From: Myxococcales bacterium
GTDB taxonomy: Bacteria; Myxococcota_A; UBA9042; JABWCM01; BTVJ01
DNA: 64,000 nucleotides
Direction of reading: 5' to 3'
NCBI GenBank assembly: GCA_045863395.1
Contig: BTVJ01000022.1
Span: 1-64,000 of the forward strand
The notes below the pieces were generated by a model that worked only from the letters and a program-made list of their open reading frames with translations, searched no databases and had not been told where the DNA came from. Made by a program: the position numbers and the translations under genes. This document shows positions 11,835-50,300 of the stretch, piece by piece (within the stretch, counting starts at the first letter, position 1; each line of letters starts with the position of its first letter).

Positions 11835-12566
11835 TCAGCCGAGGACGTCGGCCATGGAGTAGAGCGCTGCCGGCTTGCCGATGACCCAGCGAGCGGCGCG
11901 CAGGGCGCCGTGGGCGAAGATGGCCCGGTCCGTGGCGCGGTGGGTAAGCTCGATGCGCTCGCTGTCGCCGAGCAGGTAGACGGTGTGCTCCCCCACCACG
12001 TCACCGCCGCGCAGCGTCTGCACTCCAATCTCCCCCGCCGGACGCTCCCCGATGAGGCCGCGACGCTCATAGCGCCCGACGTCCACCAGCGAGGCGTCCC
12101 GCGCCTGGGCGACGGCCTCGGCAAGGCGCAGGGCCGTGCCGCTCGGCGCATCCACCTTGTGGCGGTGGTGGAGCTCGACCACCTCGGCGTCCCACCCCGG
12201 ACCGAGGGCCGCCACGGCTCGCGCCACCACGTCCAGGAGCACGTTGACGCCGACGCTCATGTTGGGCGCGAGCAGGATGGGCACGTGCGTCGCGAGCTGG
12301 GTGAGCTCGCCCTTCTGCGCCGGCGTGAGGCCCGTGGTCCCTGCGACCATCGGGACCCCCCGCTCTGCGGCGAACCGCGCGTAGCCGAGGGTTGCCTCCG
12401 GGGTGGTGAAGTCCACTACGACGCCCACATCCGCGACGGCCCAGGGGTCGTCGCCCTGGTCCACGGCGCCCGCCAACACGAGGTCCGGAGACTCGGCGAC
12501 CACCCGCTGGACCGCGCGGCCCATGCGGCCGTGGGCGCCGGTGACCAGGACGCGCAGCGGCTCCAC
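11835..12566 (-). CDS. dapB: 4-hydroxy-tetrahydrodipicolinate reductase
   Basis: VTGAHGRMG, VDFTTP, GTTG, APNMSVG, EVVELHHRHKVDAPSGTA and RGGDVVGEH motifs; GTG 12566 directly after the dapA stop. Confidence 0.97.
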   Translation of the reverse strand: MEPLRVLVTGAHGRMGRAVQRVVAESPDLVLAGAVDQGDDPWAVADVGVVVDFTTPEATLGYARFAAERGVPMVAGTTGLTPAQKGELTQLATHVPILLAPNMSVGVNVLLDVVARAVAALGPGWDAEVVELHHRHKVDAPSGTALRLAEAVAQARDASLVDVGRYERRGLIGERPAGEIGVQTLRGGDVVGEHTVYLLGDSERIELTHRATDRAIFAHGALRAARWVIGKPAALYSMADVLG

Positions 12567-12567
12567 C

Positions 12568-13467
12568 TCAGGCCTCGTCCGCGCCGCGCAGGCGCAGGCC
12601 CAGCTCGGACATGACCGCCCGCAGCAGGGTGACCGTGCCCTTGGAGGCGGGCACGAGCGGCAGCCGGAGCTCGTTGCGCATGATCCCCAGCAGCCAGAGG
12701 GCCGCCTTGAGCGGGATGGGGTTGCTCTCCACGAAGAGCGCCTTGAACAGGGGCGTGAGCCGAGACTGGAGGTTGGCGGCCCCCGCCAGATCACCCTCCC
12801 GGAAGGTCGTGTGGATGGCCCTCATCTCAGCCGGCACGACGTTGGCGGCGACCGAAATCACGCCGTGGGCCCCGAGGGCGTACATCGGAAGCGACAGGGC
12901 GTCATCGCCGGAGAGCACCGCCATGCGGTCGCCCACCTGGTCCAGCACGTCCTGCACCTGGGCCAGGTTGCCACACGCCTCCTTGACCGCGACGAAGACG
13001 TCCGTGTCGGACAGCCGCGCGACGGTCTCGGGGAGCAGATTGACGCCGGTGCGCCCAGGGACGTTGTAGAGCACGATGGGGAAGTCCGCCACGCGCCGCG
13101 CCACCTCGCGATAGTGGGCCTCGAGCCCGGCCTGCGAGGGCTTGTTGTAGTATGGGGTCACGATGAGCGCGCCGTCGCAGCCGAGGCTCTTGGCCAGAGC
13201 CGTGGCGGCGACGGTCTTGGCGGTGGAGTTGGAGCCGGTGCCCGCGATGACGGGCACCTTGCCGCGCCCCTCCTCGACGGCGATCTGGATCGCGCGCTGG
13301 TACTCTTCGTCCGTAAGGGTGACCGTCTCGCCAGTCGTCCCGCAGGGTACGATGGCGTCCAGCCCCCCCTCTATGCAGTGGCGGATCAGCTTGCGGTAGG
13401 CGTCCTCGTCGAGCTGACCGTCGCGAAACGGTGTCGCGAGGGCCACCATCGTGCCATGGAGCTTCAT
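12568..13467 (-). CDS. dapA: 4-hydroxy-tetrahydrodipicolinate synthase
   Basis: ALATPF, CGTTGE, VTPYYNKP, LYNVPGRTG, AVKEA (Schiff-base Lys), SGDD and ESNPIPLK motifs; ATG 13467. Confidence 0.97.
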   Translation of the reverse strand: MKLHGTMVALATPFRDGQLDEDAYRKLIRHCIEGGLDAIVPCGTTGETVTLTDEEYQRAIQIAVEEGRGKVPVIAGTGSNSTAKTVAATALAKSLGCDGALIVTPYYNKPSQAGLEAHYREVARRVADFPIVLYNVPGRTGVNLLPETVARLSDTDVFVAVKEACGNLAQVQDVLDQVGDRMAVLSGDDALSLPMYALGAHGVISVAANVVPAEMRAIHTTFREGDLAGAANLQSRLTPLFKALFVESNPIPLKAALWLLGIMRNELRLPLVPASKGTVTLLRAVMSELGLRLRGADEA

Positions 13468-13471
13468 TGAC

Positions 13472-14161
13472 TCACCTCTGTGGTTGATCGGCTCGGCCCT
13501 TCGAAGGCTCCTTGGGGAGCGTAGGGCTGAAGCCAGGGGGGAACACGCGCACCGGCTGCTCGAAGATGTTCTCCGCATCGCGCCGGTCGCGCGCCATGTC
13601 GTACTGGCGAGACTGCTGGAGCGCCTTCTCGATGGCAAGACGCACGCGGATGGTCTCCTCCCGGTAGAGCCGGTTCTCGAGGAGCGTCGTCACCCGCGGA
13701 TCGTCGATGAGCCCGATACCCATGACCGCCCCCTCGCGCAGAGTCTCGGACTGCTCGTCGAGGAAGCTGATCAGGTCGTGGAGCACCTCGCTCTGCCACC
13801 CGGCACCCAGGGAACGCAGCGCCACTTTGCGGCGCACGTCGTCCGTGTCTCGGTCGTAGACCACCTCCCAGAGCACCTGCATGGACTGCTTGGTGGGGAA
13901 GAAGGGGAGCACCTCCAGCGCGCGGAGCTGGTAGATGCGGGGGACTCCCTTGCCGGTCGCCAGGTCGACGAGGAGCTTGTTGGTGGTGAGAGGCGGGCCC
14001 ATGCCAAGCCAGTCCGCCTTGGACGTCTCAGAGATCGGGCGGGTGAGCGCGTCCACGATGCGCTCTCGCTGAAGCATGGGGCGAGCCGTGGCTGTGACCG
14101 ACAACAAGAGCACGAGCACGGTCCCCCACAGTGCGAACGGGCGGCGCGGGCCTCGGCTCAT
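13472..14161 (-). CDS. Exported HEAT/PBS-lyase-like repeat protein
   Basis: N-terminal hydrophobic signal (LWGTVLVLLLSVTATA); helical repeats VRRKVALRSLG, LREGAVMGIG and VRLAIEKAL; packed between ffh and dapA. Confidence 0.75.
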   Translation of the reverse strand: MSRGPRRPFALWGTVLVLLLSVTATARPMLQRERIVDALTRPISETSKADWLGMGPPLTTNKLLVDLATGKGVPRIYQLRALEVLPFFPTKQSMQVLWEVVYDRDTDDVRRKVALRSLGAGWQSEVLHDLISFLDEQSETLREGAVMGIGLIDDPRVTTLLENRLYREETIRVRLAIEKALQQSRQYDMARDRRDAENIFEQPVRVFPPGFSPTLPKEPSKGRADQPQR

Positions 14162-14171
14162 GGACGGCACC

Positions 14172-15896
14172 TCACTTCTTTCGAGACTTCTTGCGGGCGG
14201 CGCGCGCCAGCTTCTCTTTCTTGCGCCGGTCCTTCTTCACGTCGGCGGACACACCCGCTGCCCCGGTCTTGCCCGCGGCCCGCTGGCCCATGCCCGCCTG
14301 GGCTCCCTGGGCGCCTTGGGCTCCTTGCATCAGGGCCGCAGCGTTCATCAGCTCGGGGGACATGGGCATCCCCGCTCGCTGCATCGCCTGCGCCTGCCGG
14401 GCCAGCGCCATCGGATCCAGCTTTCCCATACCGGGAAGGCCCGGCATCCCGGGCATTCCCGGCACGCCGCCCGCGCCACCGGGGCCGCCGCCTCCGAACA
14501 GGGACCCGAGATCCATGTTGCGGAGCTGCTTCATCTGGCGCATCTGCTTGACGCCCGGCAGGTTGCCGAGCAGGCCCGACGACTGGCCGAGCTGGCCCAT
14601 CATCTGGCGCATCCCCTTGAACCGCTCGACCAGCTCCAGAACTTCCTTGGGGGTGCGCCCCGCGCCGCGAGCGATGCGGGCCGAGCGCTTCTCGTCGATG
14701 AGGTCCGGGTTCGTGCGCTCCTGCTTGGTCATGGACTGGATCATCGCCTCGACCTTGACCAGCTCCTTGTCATCGAGGTTGACCCCTGCGGGGAGCCCGT
14801 CACCGAAGAAGGGCAGCTTCTCGAAGACGTCCTTCAGCGACCCGAGCTGCTTGATCATGCGGATCTGGTCGAGGAAGTGGGTCATGTTGAAGCGGCCGCT
14901 GAGGATGCGCTTGGCGTCCTCCTCGGCCTTGGCCTCGTCGACCACCTCCTCGAAGTCCTTCATCAGGCCGACGATGTCGCCCATGCCCAGGATGCGCGAC
15001 GCGAGGCCCTCGGGGCGGAACAGCTCCAGCTTGTCGAGCCCCTCACCCATGCCCAGGAACTTGATGGGCTTGCCCGTGACCTCCTTGATGGAGAGCGCCG
15101 CGCCGCCGCGTGCGTCGCCGTCCAGCTTGGTGAGCACGACGCCGTCGATGCCGACGCGCCGGTTGAACTCGGCGGCCGTGTGCACCACGTCCTGGCCGAT
15201 CATGGCGTCGGCCACGAAGAGAACGTTGTCGGGCTGGGTGCGGGCCTTGATGGTCTCCAGCTCCCCCATGAGCTCGTCGTCGATGGCCAGCCGCCCGGCG
15301 GTGTCGTAGATCAGCACCTGGCAGCCGTGCTGGCGCGCATAGGGCATGGCCTCGATGCACATCTCGACGGGGCTCGCGCCGGGCCGGTGATACACCGGCA
15401 TGCCCAGGCGCTCGCCGAGCACCTTGAGCTGATCGACGGCGGCGGGGCGGTAGATGTCCGCCGCGACGAGGCACACGCGCTTGCCGTGGGTCTTCTCGAT
15501 GAGGCGCGCGAGCTTGCCGGCGGTGGTCGTCTTGCCGGAGCCCTGGAGGCCGACCATCATCACCTTGGTCAGGCCCGTGGCCGCGAACCGGATGTCGTCC
15601 TCCACGGGACCGAGGAGCGCCACCAGCTCGTCCTGGCAGATCTTGATGAAGTGCTCACCCGGCGTCGCCCGAAGCTCCTTGCCGTCCTTCTGGACCTTCG
15701 TCAGCACGATCTCGCCGAGCGCCTTGTCCTTGACGCGGGCAAGGAAGGTCTTGACCACGTGGAACTCGACGTCCGCCTCGAGCAGCGACATGCGGATGTC
15801 GCGCAGCGCGTCCTCGATGTTCGACTCGCTGATCTCGCGGTAGCCCTTCAGGCGGTTGCGGGCGGTGCGAAAGCCTTTCTGAATCGTTTCGAGCAT
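14172..15896 (-). CDS. ffh: Signal recognition particle protein Ffh, 574 aa with extended Met/Gly/Gln tail
   Basis: LLEADV, GLQGSGKTTT, DIYRPAA, DTAGR, TKLDGDARGGAALS, RILGMGD and IQSMTKQER...RIARGAG motifs. Confidence 0.98.
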   Translation of the reverse strand: MLETIQKGFRTARNRLKGYREISESNIEDALRDIRMSLLEADVEFHVVKTFLARVKDKALGEIVLTKVQKDGKELRATPGEHFIKICQDELVALLGPVEDDIRFAATGLTKVMMVGLQGSGKTTTAGKLARLIEKTHGKRVCLVAADIYRPAAVDQLKVLGERLGMPVYHRPGASPVEMCIEAMPYARQHGCQVLIYDTAGRLAIDDELMGELETIKARTQPDNVLFVADAMIGQDVVHTAAEFNRRVGIDGVVLTKLDGDARGGAALSIKEVTGKPIKFLGMGEGLDKLELFRPEGLASRILGMGDIVGLMKDFEEVVDEAKAEEDAKRILSGRFNMTHFLDQIRMIKQLGSLKDVFEKLPFFGDGLPAGVNLDDKELVKVEAMIQSMTKQERTNPDLIDEKRSARIARGAGRTPKEVLELVERFKGMRQMMGQLGQSSGLLGNLPGVKQMRQMKQLRNMDLGSLFGGGGPGGAGGVPGMPGMPGLPGMGKLDPMALARQAQAMQRAGMPMSPELMNAAALMQGAQGAQGAQAGMGQRAAGKTGAAGVSADVKKDRRKKEKLARAARKKSRKK

Positions 15897-15928
15897 GTGC
15901 GCTCCGTGGGCCTTTGGATGAACGCGCT

Positions 15929-15957
15929 ACCATATGAAGGGCGTCCGCGGGTGTCAA
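15929..15957 (-). promoter_or_regulatory. Sigma-70 promoter of the ffh-HEAT-dapA-dapB unit
   Basis: TTGACA-17 nt-TATGGT on the minus strand, ~33 nt upstream of the ffh ATG. Confidence 0.7.
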
Positions 15958-16024
15958 GGACGACGAGGCGGGCCATGGGCCCCGCTATTGGCGCTGAAGG
16001 CGGGTCTCGGCGCGCCGGGCAGCG

Positions 16025-16621
16025 TCAGCTCGCCTGCCCGGACCGCCGCGGCTCTACATCATCTTCGGCGGCGAGGCGGATGGGCCCGAACTTGTCGGGG
16101 AAGCGGCCCTGCATGCCCCCGTAGAAGACGCGGAAGGCGTCCATGTCGCGCGTGACGTCGCCGGTCAGGGTCACCGGCGGGCCAAAGCCCCCGACCTTGT
16201 TCGCGTAGTCCAGGTAGCCGGGAACCACGGGCACGCCGGCGGCCAGCGCGATCTGATAGAACCCCGACTTCCAGTGCTCCGCGCGAGAGCGCGTGCCCTC
16301 CGGCGGAACGGCCAGGATCAGCTCGTCGGCGCGGGCAAAGACCTCCACCATCTGATCGACGACGCTGTGCCGCGAGCGCCGGTCGATGGCGATGCCCCCC
16401 ATCCACTTGAGCATGAACCCGAAGGGCGCCTCGAACATCGTGTGCTTGCCCATCCACGACAGGCGCAGCTTGTGCTTCTTCGCGATGGCCAGCATGAGGA
16501 CGAGGTCCCAGTTGCTGGTGTGGGGCGCCGCGATGAGGACGAACTTGGGGGCGACCTGCGAGACGCCCTCATCTCGCCAGCCGCCGAAGCGGAGGATGAG
16601 CCTGCCGACGAGTCCGAGCAC
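16025..16621 (-). CDS. Lysophospholipid/1-acyl-sn-glycerol-3-phosphate acyltransferase family protein (PlsC-like), ~198 aa
   Basis: APHTSNWD (HxxxxD), GGIAIDR, PPEGTRS and WKSGFY motifs; GTG 16621 after AGGAGG. Confidence 0.92.
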   Translation of the reverse strand: MLGLVGRLILRFGGWRDEGVSQVAPKFVLIAAPHTSNWDLVLMLAIAKKHKLRLSWMGKHTMFEAPFGFMLKWMGGIAIDRRSRHSVVDQMVEVFARADELILAVPPEGTRSRAEHWKSGFYQIALAAGVPVVPGYLDYANKVGGFGPPVTLTGDVTRDMDAFRVFYGGMQGRFPDKFGPIRLAAEDDVEPRRSGQAS

Positions 16622-17042
16622 GGGCGACCTCCTGAGCGGGTCCACGGGCCGCACGAGGCGCGGCCGCCGGTCTCTCCGGGTGTACGTCGATCCGCCGAGG
16701 CGTGTCAAGGAATGTCGGGCCCACTGCCGGTGACCGGCTGAGACGTGCGGCACGCGACGCCCCCCGCACTCCGACCTGTGGGACGCCCTCCGCTACGCCT
16801 CCACCGCCTCCCTGCGTGTCCATGATGTGCTCTTCGAGTCCCATGGGGCGCACACTATCTCCGATTCGCCGGGTTGGGGCCGGAAGAACCCTTGTGTCGG
16901 GCAACGTCCGGCAGGACCCTTCCCAACCTCGCTCGGGGGCCGCCCGGCGCGTGCCGCCCTTCCCTGTTCGGGGACGGGCGCCGTCTCCCCCTGGAAGGAA
17001 CCCCGGCGCCCGTGGTAGATGCCCAGGGCACACGGAGGTCTC

Positions 17043-18989
17043 ATGCGCAGCTCACTCATCGCGCTCCCCGCGCTCCTCGCTCTGGCTGCCTGCGCGGCGG
17101 ATTCAGACGGAGCCGCGCCCAACGACACGGCAGCCGCCCAGGACAGCGCTGGAGCGGACGTCCCGGTCGACGCGAGTCCGGGTGTCGATGTCGTTGACGA
17201 GGACGGCGAGGACGGCGCAGGCGCTCCCGGGGATGCCTCCGCGGACGCGTCCCCGGACGCAGCCGCGGACGCAGACCAGGACGTCGCCCCCCCGTGCACG
17301 CCGGGCAGCCTCCAGTGCGACGGCAAGGTGGTCCAGCTCTGCCAGGGGGGCGTCTGGATCAGCGGCCAGGTGTGCAGCGGCGAGAGCACCTGCGCAGACG
17401 GCCAGTGCGTCGAGGCAGCGGACTGCGAGCCGGGCACGGTGCTCGGCTGCGCCGCCATCGACGCCCGCAAGGTGTGCAGCGAGGACGGCACGGCCGCGCT
17501 CAAGGTGCCTTGCCCGCCAGGAGAGAAGTGCCTGGACGGGGTGTGCGCGGTGCTCGCGTGCCTGCCCGGCACCAGCTCCTGCGCCTCCCTCAGCGCCACC
17601 CGAGCGTGCGCTGCGGACGGCAGCGCCTGGCTCGACCCGGTGGAGTGCGCCCAGGGCACGAGCTGCATCGGCGGCAAGTGCCTCTCCGCCTGTGAGGGGG
17701 ACCTGAAGTACAACACCAACGTCGGCTGTCGCTTCTGGTCGCTGGACCTGGGGCAGTGGGAGGTGAAGCCCGGCCAGCTCAACGTGGACAAGTCCGTGGA
17801 TCCCATCCCCCACGCGGTCGTGGTGGCCAACCCGGGAACCCTTCCGGCCACCGTCACCTTCTCGTCGGAGGCGGACGTGACGTTCCAGATCGCGGACCCG
17901 GTGGTCCCCGGCGGCGCCGCCCGCGCCTTCGAGATGCCCGTCATGAGCCTTCAGAGCTCAGCCGTCTCCGACCTGAGCATCCGCTTCGTCACGGACCGCC
18001 CGGTGATCGCCGCCCAGTTCAACCCGCTGAACAACGTGTTCGCCTTCAGCAACGATGGGTCCCTGCTGCTGCCCGAGCCCGCCTTCGGCACCGAGTACAT
18101 CGCCGCGACGCTGCCGAGCGTCATGCCACCACCCATCATCAAGTCGCCGACCGTGTGGGGCTACGTCACGGTCGCGGCCACGGCGCCCGGCGAGACCCAG
18201 GTCACCGTCGTCCCGCGCTGCCCCACGGAGGCGGGTCCGGAGCTGCCGAGCTTCCCTGCCGGGGAGCCCGCTGAGTTCACTCTCCAGCAGTGGCAGGTGC
18301 TGAACCTCAACGGCCTCGCGGACACCAACGGGACCAACGACCTGACCGGTACCCTCGTGACCACGGACAAGCCGGCCGCTGCCTTCAGCGGGCACCAGTG
18401 CATGTCCATCAGCTCCAACTGCGACCACCTGGAGACCCAGCTCCTGCCGGTCTCCTCCTGGGGCAAGTCGTACATCGCGGTGTCCACGGGCAACAAGGCC
18501 GACATCTTCCGCGTCATCTCGGGCGCCGACGACAACCTGATCACGGCGATACCGCCCGTCCCGGGAGTCTCGGGAGTCACCCTGCAGAAGGGACAGTGGG
18601 TCGAGTCCAAGGCTGCCCATGACTTTCAGGTGGCGGGCACTGGCCCCCTCCAGGTCGTCCAGTACCTGACCGTGGACGACCCGTCCATGAGCATCCTGGT
18701 CCCGACGGACCGCTTCCTGGACGACTACCCGGTCCTAGTGCCCGCGGGCTTCGCGAACAACAGCCTCATCGTGATTCGCAAGCCGGGCGCGCTGGTGACC
18801 CTCGACCAGATCCCCATCTCGGGGTCCACCGCGACCGTCGGCGCCGGCCAGTGGGAGCGCGTCATCGTGTGGGTCGGGGCGGGCGTGCACCGCGTAGAGA
18901 GTGACGCCCCCTTCGGGCTCATGCTCTACGGGTGGGACACGGCGGTGAGCTACTTGGTGCCGGGCGGGATGGCGACGGGGGCGGACTAG
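17043..18989 (+). CDS. Lipoprotein with Cys-rich repeats and IgGFc-binding domain, ~648 aa
   Basis: Lipobox LALAA-C; Cys-rich repeats; NVGCRFWSLDL, AQFNPL, SNDGSLLLP, DLTGTLVTTDKP, CDHLETQLLPVSSWGKSY and FGLMLYGW...SYLVPGG motifs. Confidence 0.88.
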   Translation: MRSSLIALPALLALAACAADSDGAAPNDTAAAQDSAGADVPVDASPGVDVVDEDGEDGAGAPGDASADASPDAAADADQDVAPPCTPGSLQCDGKVVQLCQGGVWISGQVCSGESTCADGQCVEAADCEPGTVLGCAAIDARKVCSEDGTAALKVPCPPGEKCLDGVCAVLACLPGTSSCASLSATRACAADGSAWLDPVECAQGTSCIGGKCLSACEGDLKYNTNVGCRFWSLDLGQWEVKPGQLNVDKSVDPIPHAVVVANPGTLPATVTFSSEADVTFQIADPVVPGGAARAFEMPVMSLQSSAVSDLSIRFVTDRPVIAAQFNPLNNVFAFSNDGSLLLPEPAFGTEYIAATLPSVMPPPIIKSPTVWGYVTVAATAPGETQVTVVPRCPTEAGPELPSFPAGEPAEFTLQQWQVLNLNGLADTNGTNDLTGTLVTTDKPAAAFSGHQCMSISSNCDHLETQLLPVSSWGKSYIAVSTGNKADIFRVISGADDNLITAIPPVPGVSGVTLQKGQWVESKAAHDFQVAGTGPLQVVQYLTVDDPSMSILVPTDRFLDDYPVLVPAGFANNSLIVIRKPGALVTLDQIPISGSTATVGAGQWERVIVWVGAGVHRVESDAPFGLMLYGWDTAVSYLVPGGMATGAD

Positions 18990-19083
18990 GCGCGTCGTGG
19001 TCCCGACAGACCGGGCATCTTGCCGCTGGTTGCGGGGGAGGCGGTCCCCGAAGATTGCACTGTGCCGTCCGGGGCGATGACCT

Positions 19084-20151
<1,068 letters not shown>

Positions 20152-20351
20152 GGAGGGACCTCGCGCCACAGACAGCTGGTGTCCGTGCAGCACGACGGGG
20201 TCACTGACAGGAAAACACGGCTCGCTGCGAGAGTCAAGCGCGGTCACTGGCCTGAGGGTCGCGAAGGCTCCGCAGAGGTACGGATCACGAGGGGGGTGCG
20301 GTGATATAAGCGGAGAGCGGACCAGGCAAGGGGCACGGAGCCGCAACGCCG

Positions 20352-47311
<26,960 letters not shown>

Positions 47312-47315
<4 letters not shown>

Positions 47316-50300
47316 TGGCCGGCGACCGCGTCAGCCTGCGCCTTGCTCCATGCCTGAGCGTGGATCATCGTGATGATCCCCTCCTCGTAGCCGGAGCCCG
47401 TGATCCATGCAGCGTCGGGGTGGTAGAGCCCGTAACGGTCGGCCAGGTAGACCTCGACCGAGGCCCTGTCCTCGTCGCCCAGGGCCCTGTCGTAGATCAG
47501 CAGCTCCGCGAGATCGCCCGTCAGGTGCCCCGCGACTCCGGCGCCTACCCGCGATCCGTCGCGCCAGGCCAGGGGCGGCAGGGTCGCCGACCCCGTCGCG
47601 CCGTCGAGGCCGTGCTGCCGGAGGGCCACCGTCCCATCGATGGCGTGAACCACCGAGAGCACCCGCCAGGAGGTCCCGCCAAGCAGGGCGGCGCCGTCGG
47701 CAGCCACGTTGCCACTGCGATAGCGGAGCGTGGTCGTCGTCCCCTTGCGGGACAGGGAGATCGGCGCGGCACCGCCGCTCGTCGCCAGCTCCACGATGTG
47801 ACCCCACCGGTCACCGGCGGCCGGTCGCAGCACGACGAAAGCGGAGACTCCCCGATCGAAGTCCACGAAGCCGGGCGGCAGCTCCAGGGCATCGTCCAAG
47901 CCATCGAAGCGCACCGCGGGGGCGCCGCCGATGCCCACCTCGCTCGGGAGCACGAGGGGCTGGGCCCCCTCCACCGTCTGGCTCGCGTCGGCCGGCGAGG
48001 GCACGGGGGCGAGATCCGCCCACAGGGCCACGGCCCCGTCGGGCCCCGCGACCACCTGGTCGCCGCGCAGCCAGACCGATACGCCGGCGCCGGGGATCCC
48101 CGCGTCCGACGCGACTCCGCCAAACGCCACGAAGGCGTCGGCCTCGGCCTGGGACCAGCGCTCCGCATGAATCCTGGCAACGACGTCCTCCGCGTACCCG
48201 TCGACCCACGTGGCCGCCGGGTGGTAGAGGCCGTGCCGGTCGGCGAGCCAGGCGGCGACGGCCTGGTGCTCCGCAGCGGAGAGGGCGCGGGTGTAGACCA
48301 GCAGCTCGGACAGCTCTCCGACGAAGGGGGGGCCGCCAATGGCGTTCTCGGTGCGCAGGACGGCGACCGGGAGCGGCATGGCGCTCGCCTTGAGCACCTG
48401 CCCGTCGCGGGACAGGGTGACGCCCGACGCACCGTGGACCGCGGAGAGCACCTGCCAGCGACCAGGGAGCAGGCCCTTCGGGCCCGTGGCGAAGGCGGCC
48501 CCAGCGCCGTAGCGGACCGAGCCCGTCGCGCCGTCCGCGCCCAGGGACACCATCTGCTGCCCCGCCGCGTTGCCGAGGCGGAGAAGGGGCGCGCCAGGCG
48601 CCGGGCGGGCCGGGCGGGCGACGGTGAAGACCGTGACGCCCTGGTCGAGGCCCGCGAAACCGGCAGGGAGGGGCAGCACGTCGTCCACGCCGTCGAAGGA
48701 CACGGCGGGGTGGTCGCCCCCGAGCAGCACGGGGCGCCGCGAAGAGTCAGCCTGAGCCGCGTCCATGCCGGCTGGAGAGCGGTCCTCCCAGCCCTGGACG
48801 GCGCCCCCGGCCGCATCCACGCCGGTGGTGGCGTCCAGCCACAGGGCGAGCCCAGGCGCGGGGATTGGCAGGTCCGGGTTCTGCGCCATGAACTCCCCGA
48901 GCGCCACCGTCTCGGCCTTGCCGAGCCCGTAGGTGTGCGCCGCGTCCACCGCCTCGGCGGCGAGGTCCTGGTCAAGCAGCCACGTAGCGTCCGGGTGGTA
49001 CACTCCGTGCCGGTCCGCAAGGTAGACCTCCACCGCGTGGCGCTCGTCGGCGCCCAGGGCCCGATCCCAGACGAGCAGCTCGGCGATGTCCCCCGCGAAG
49101 GCCGGGAGCCCCGCGACCGGCGACAGGGCGATGCGGCTGCCGTCTCGCACGGCCGCCCTCGGCACCGCCACGGCGCCCGAGGCCGTGACCTCGCCGCCAC
49201 GGACGATCTGGGTCTGGCCGTCCGGCTGCTGGATGGCGCCGAGCAGCCGCAGCTCAGGCACGGCGAGCCCCCCGTCGCCAGTGAGGGCCGTATCGCCGGA
49301 CCGGAGCACGACGCCAGGGCCGGTCGCATCTCGCGTCAGGGCCAGCCTGCTCGCGGCGGTCGCCCCCGTCAGGTCGAGCAGCGTCCCCCAGCGGGCCGGC
49401 CCCGAAGCGCGCGCAACGGCGTAGGCGGTGAAGCCGCCGTCGAGGTGGGCCATGCCGGCGGGCAGGCGCAGCCCGTCGTTGAGGCCATCGAAGCGGACGA
49501 CGGAGGTGCCCCCCTGGGAGGCCGCGGTCGGCCGAGCCGTCGCGTCCGTCTGGGTGGCGTCATCGGCCCAGGGGTCGGCCCCCTGGTCCGCCCAGGCGGC
49601 AACGACGCCTTCGGTCGCCGTCACCCCCTCGTCGGCGCGCAGCCACAGCCGCAGCGCGATCCCGGGGACTGGGGAGGCCGGGTGGGCCGCCGTCCAGGCG
49701 ACCAGCGCGTCGGCCTGCGCCGCGCTCCAGCGGCGGGCGTGGATGGTCGCCTCCACCGTGGGCGGGTAGGCGGCGATCCACGACGCGCTCGGGTGGTAGA
49801 GCCCGTGGCGCTCGGCCAGGAAGAGCTCCACGTCGACGCGCTCCGCCTCGGTCAGCGCCCGGGTGTAGACCAGCAGCTCGGCGACCGCGCCGCCCAGTGG
49901 AGCTCCCGCCCCGCCGCAGATCAGGTTGGCCGTGCGGGTAGCCACGCTTGGGAGCCGGACGTTGCCGATGCCCGTGACGGCGCCATCACGCCGGAGCGTC
50001 GCGGCCTCGCCCGGCACATGGACCACGGACAGGGCCTGGAGCTCCAGCAGGCGGGCGCCATGAGAGGCCTCCGCCATACGCTTTGCCACCTGATAGCGGA
50101 GGCCATCCGCGCTGCCCGCGCCCCCCAGGGTCACGCGGTCGGCCCCGGCGCCGCCCAGATCCAGGAGCAGGCCGGCGCCGGCGTCCCGGTCTGGTCTGAC
50201 CACCGCGAACACCGTCAGCCCTTGTGAGAAGTCCGCGTAGCCGCTGCCAAGGACGAGCGCGTCGTCCTGGCCGTCGCAGCGCACCAGCGCCGCGCCGTAG

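Noticed and set aside
16985..17005. GGAAGGAA near ffh as a possible SRP RNA (ffs)
   Set aside because: Lacks the flanking CAGG and GCAGC domain IV elements and the long stem.
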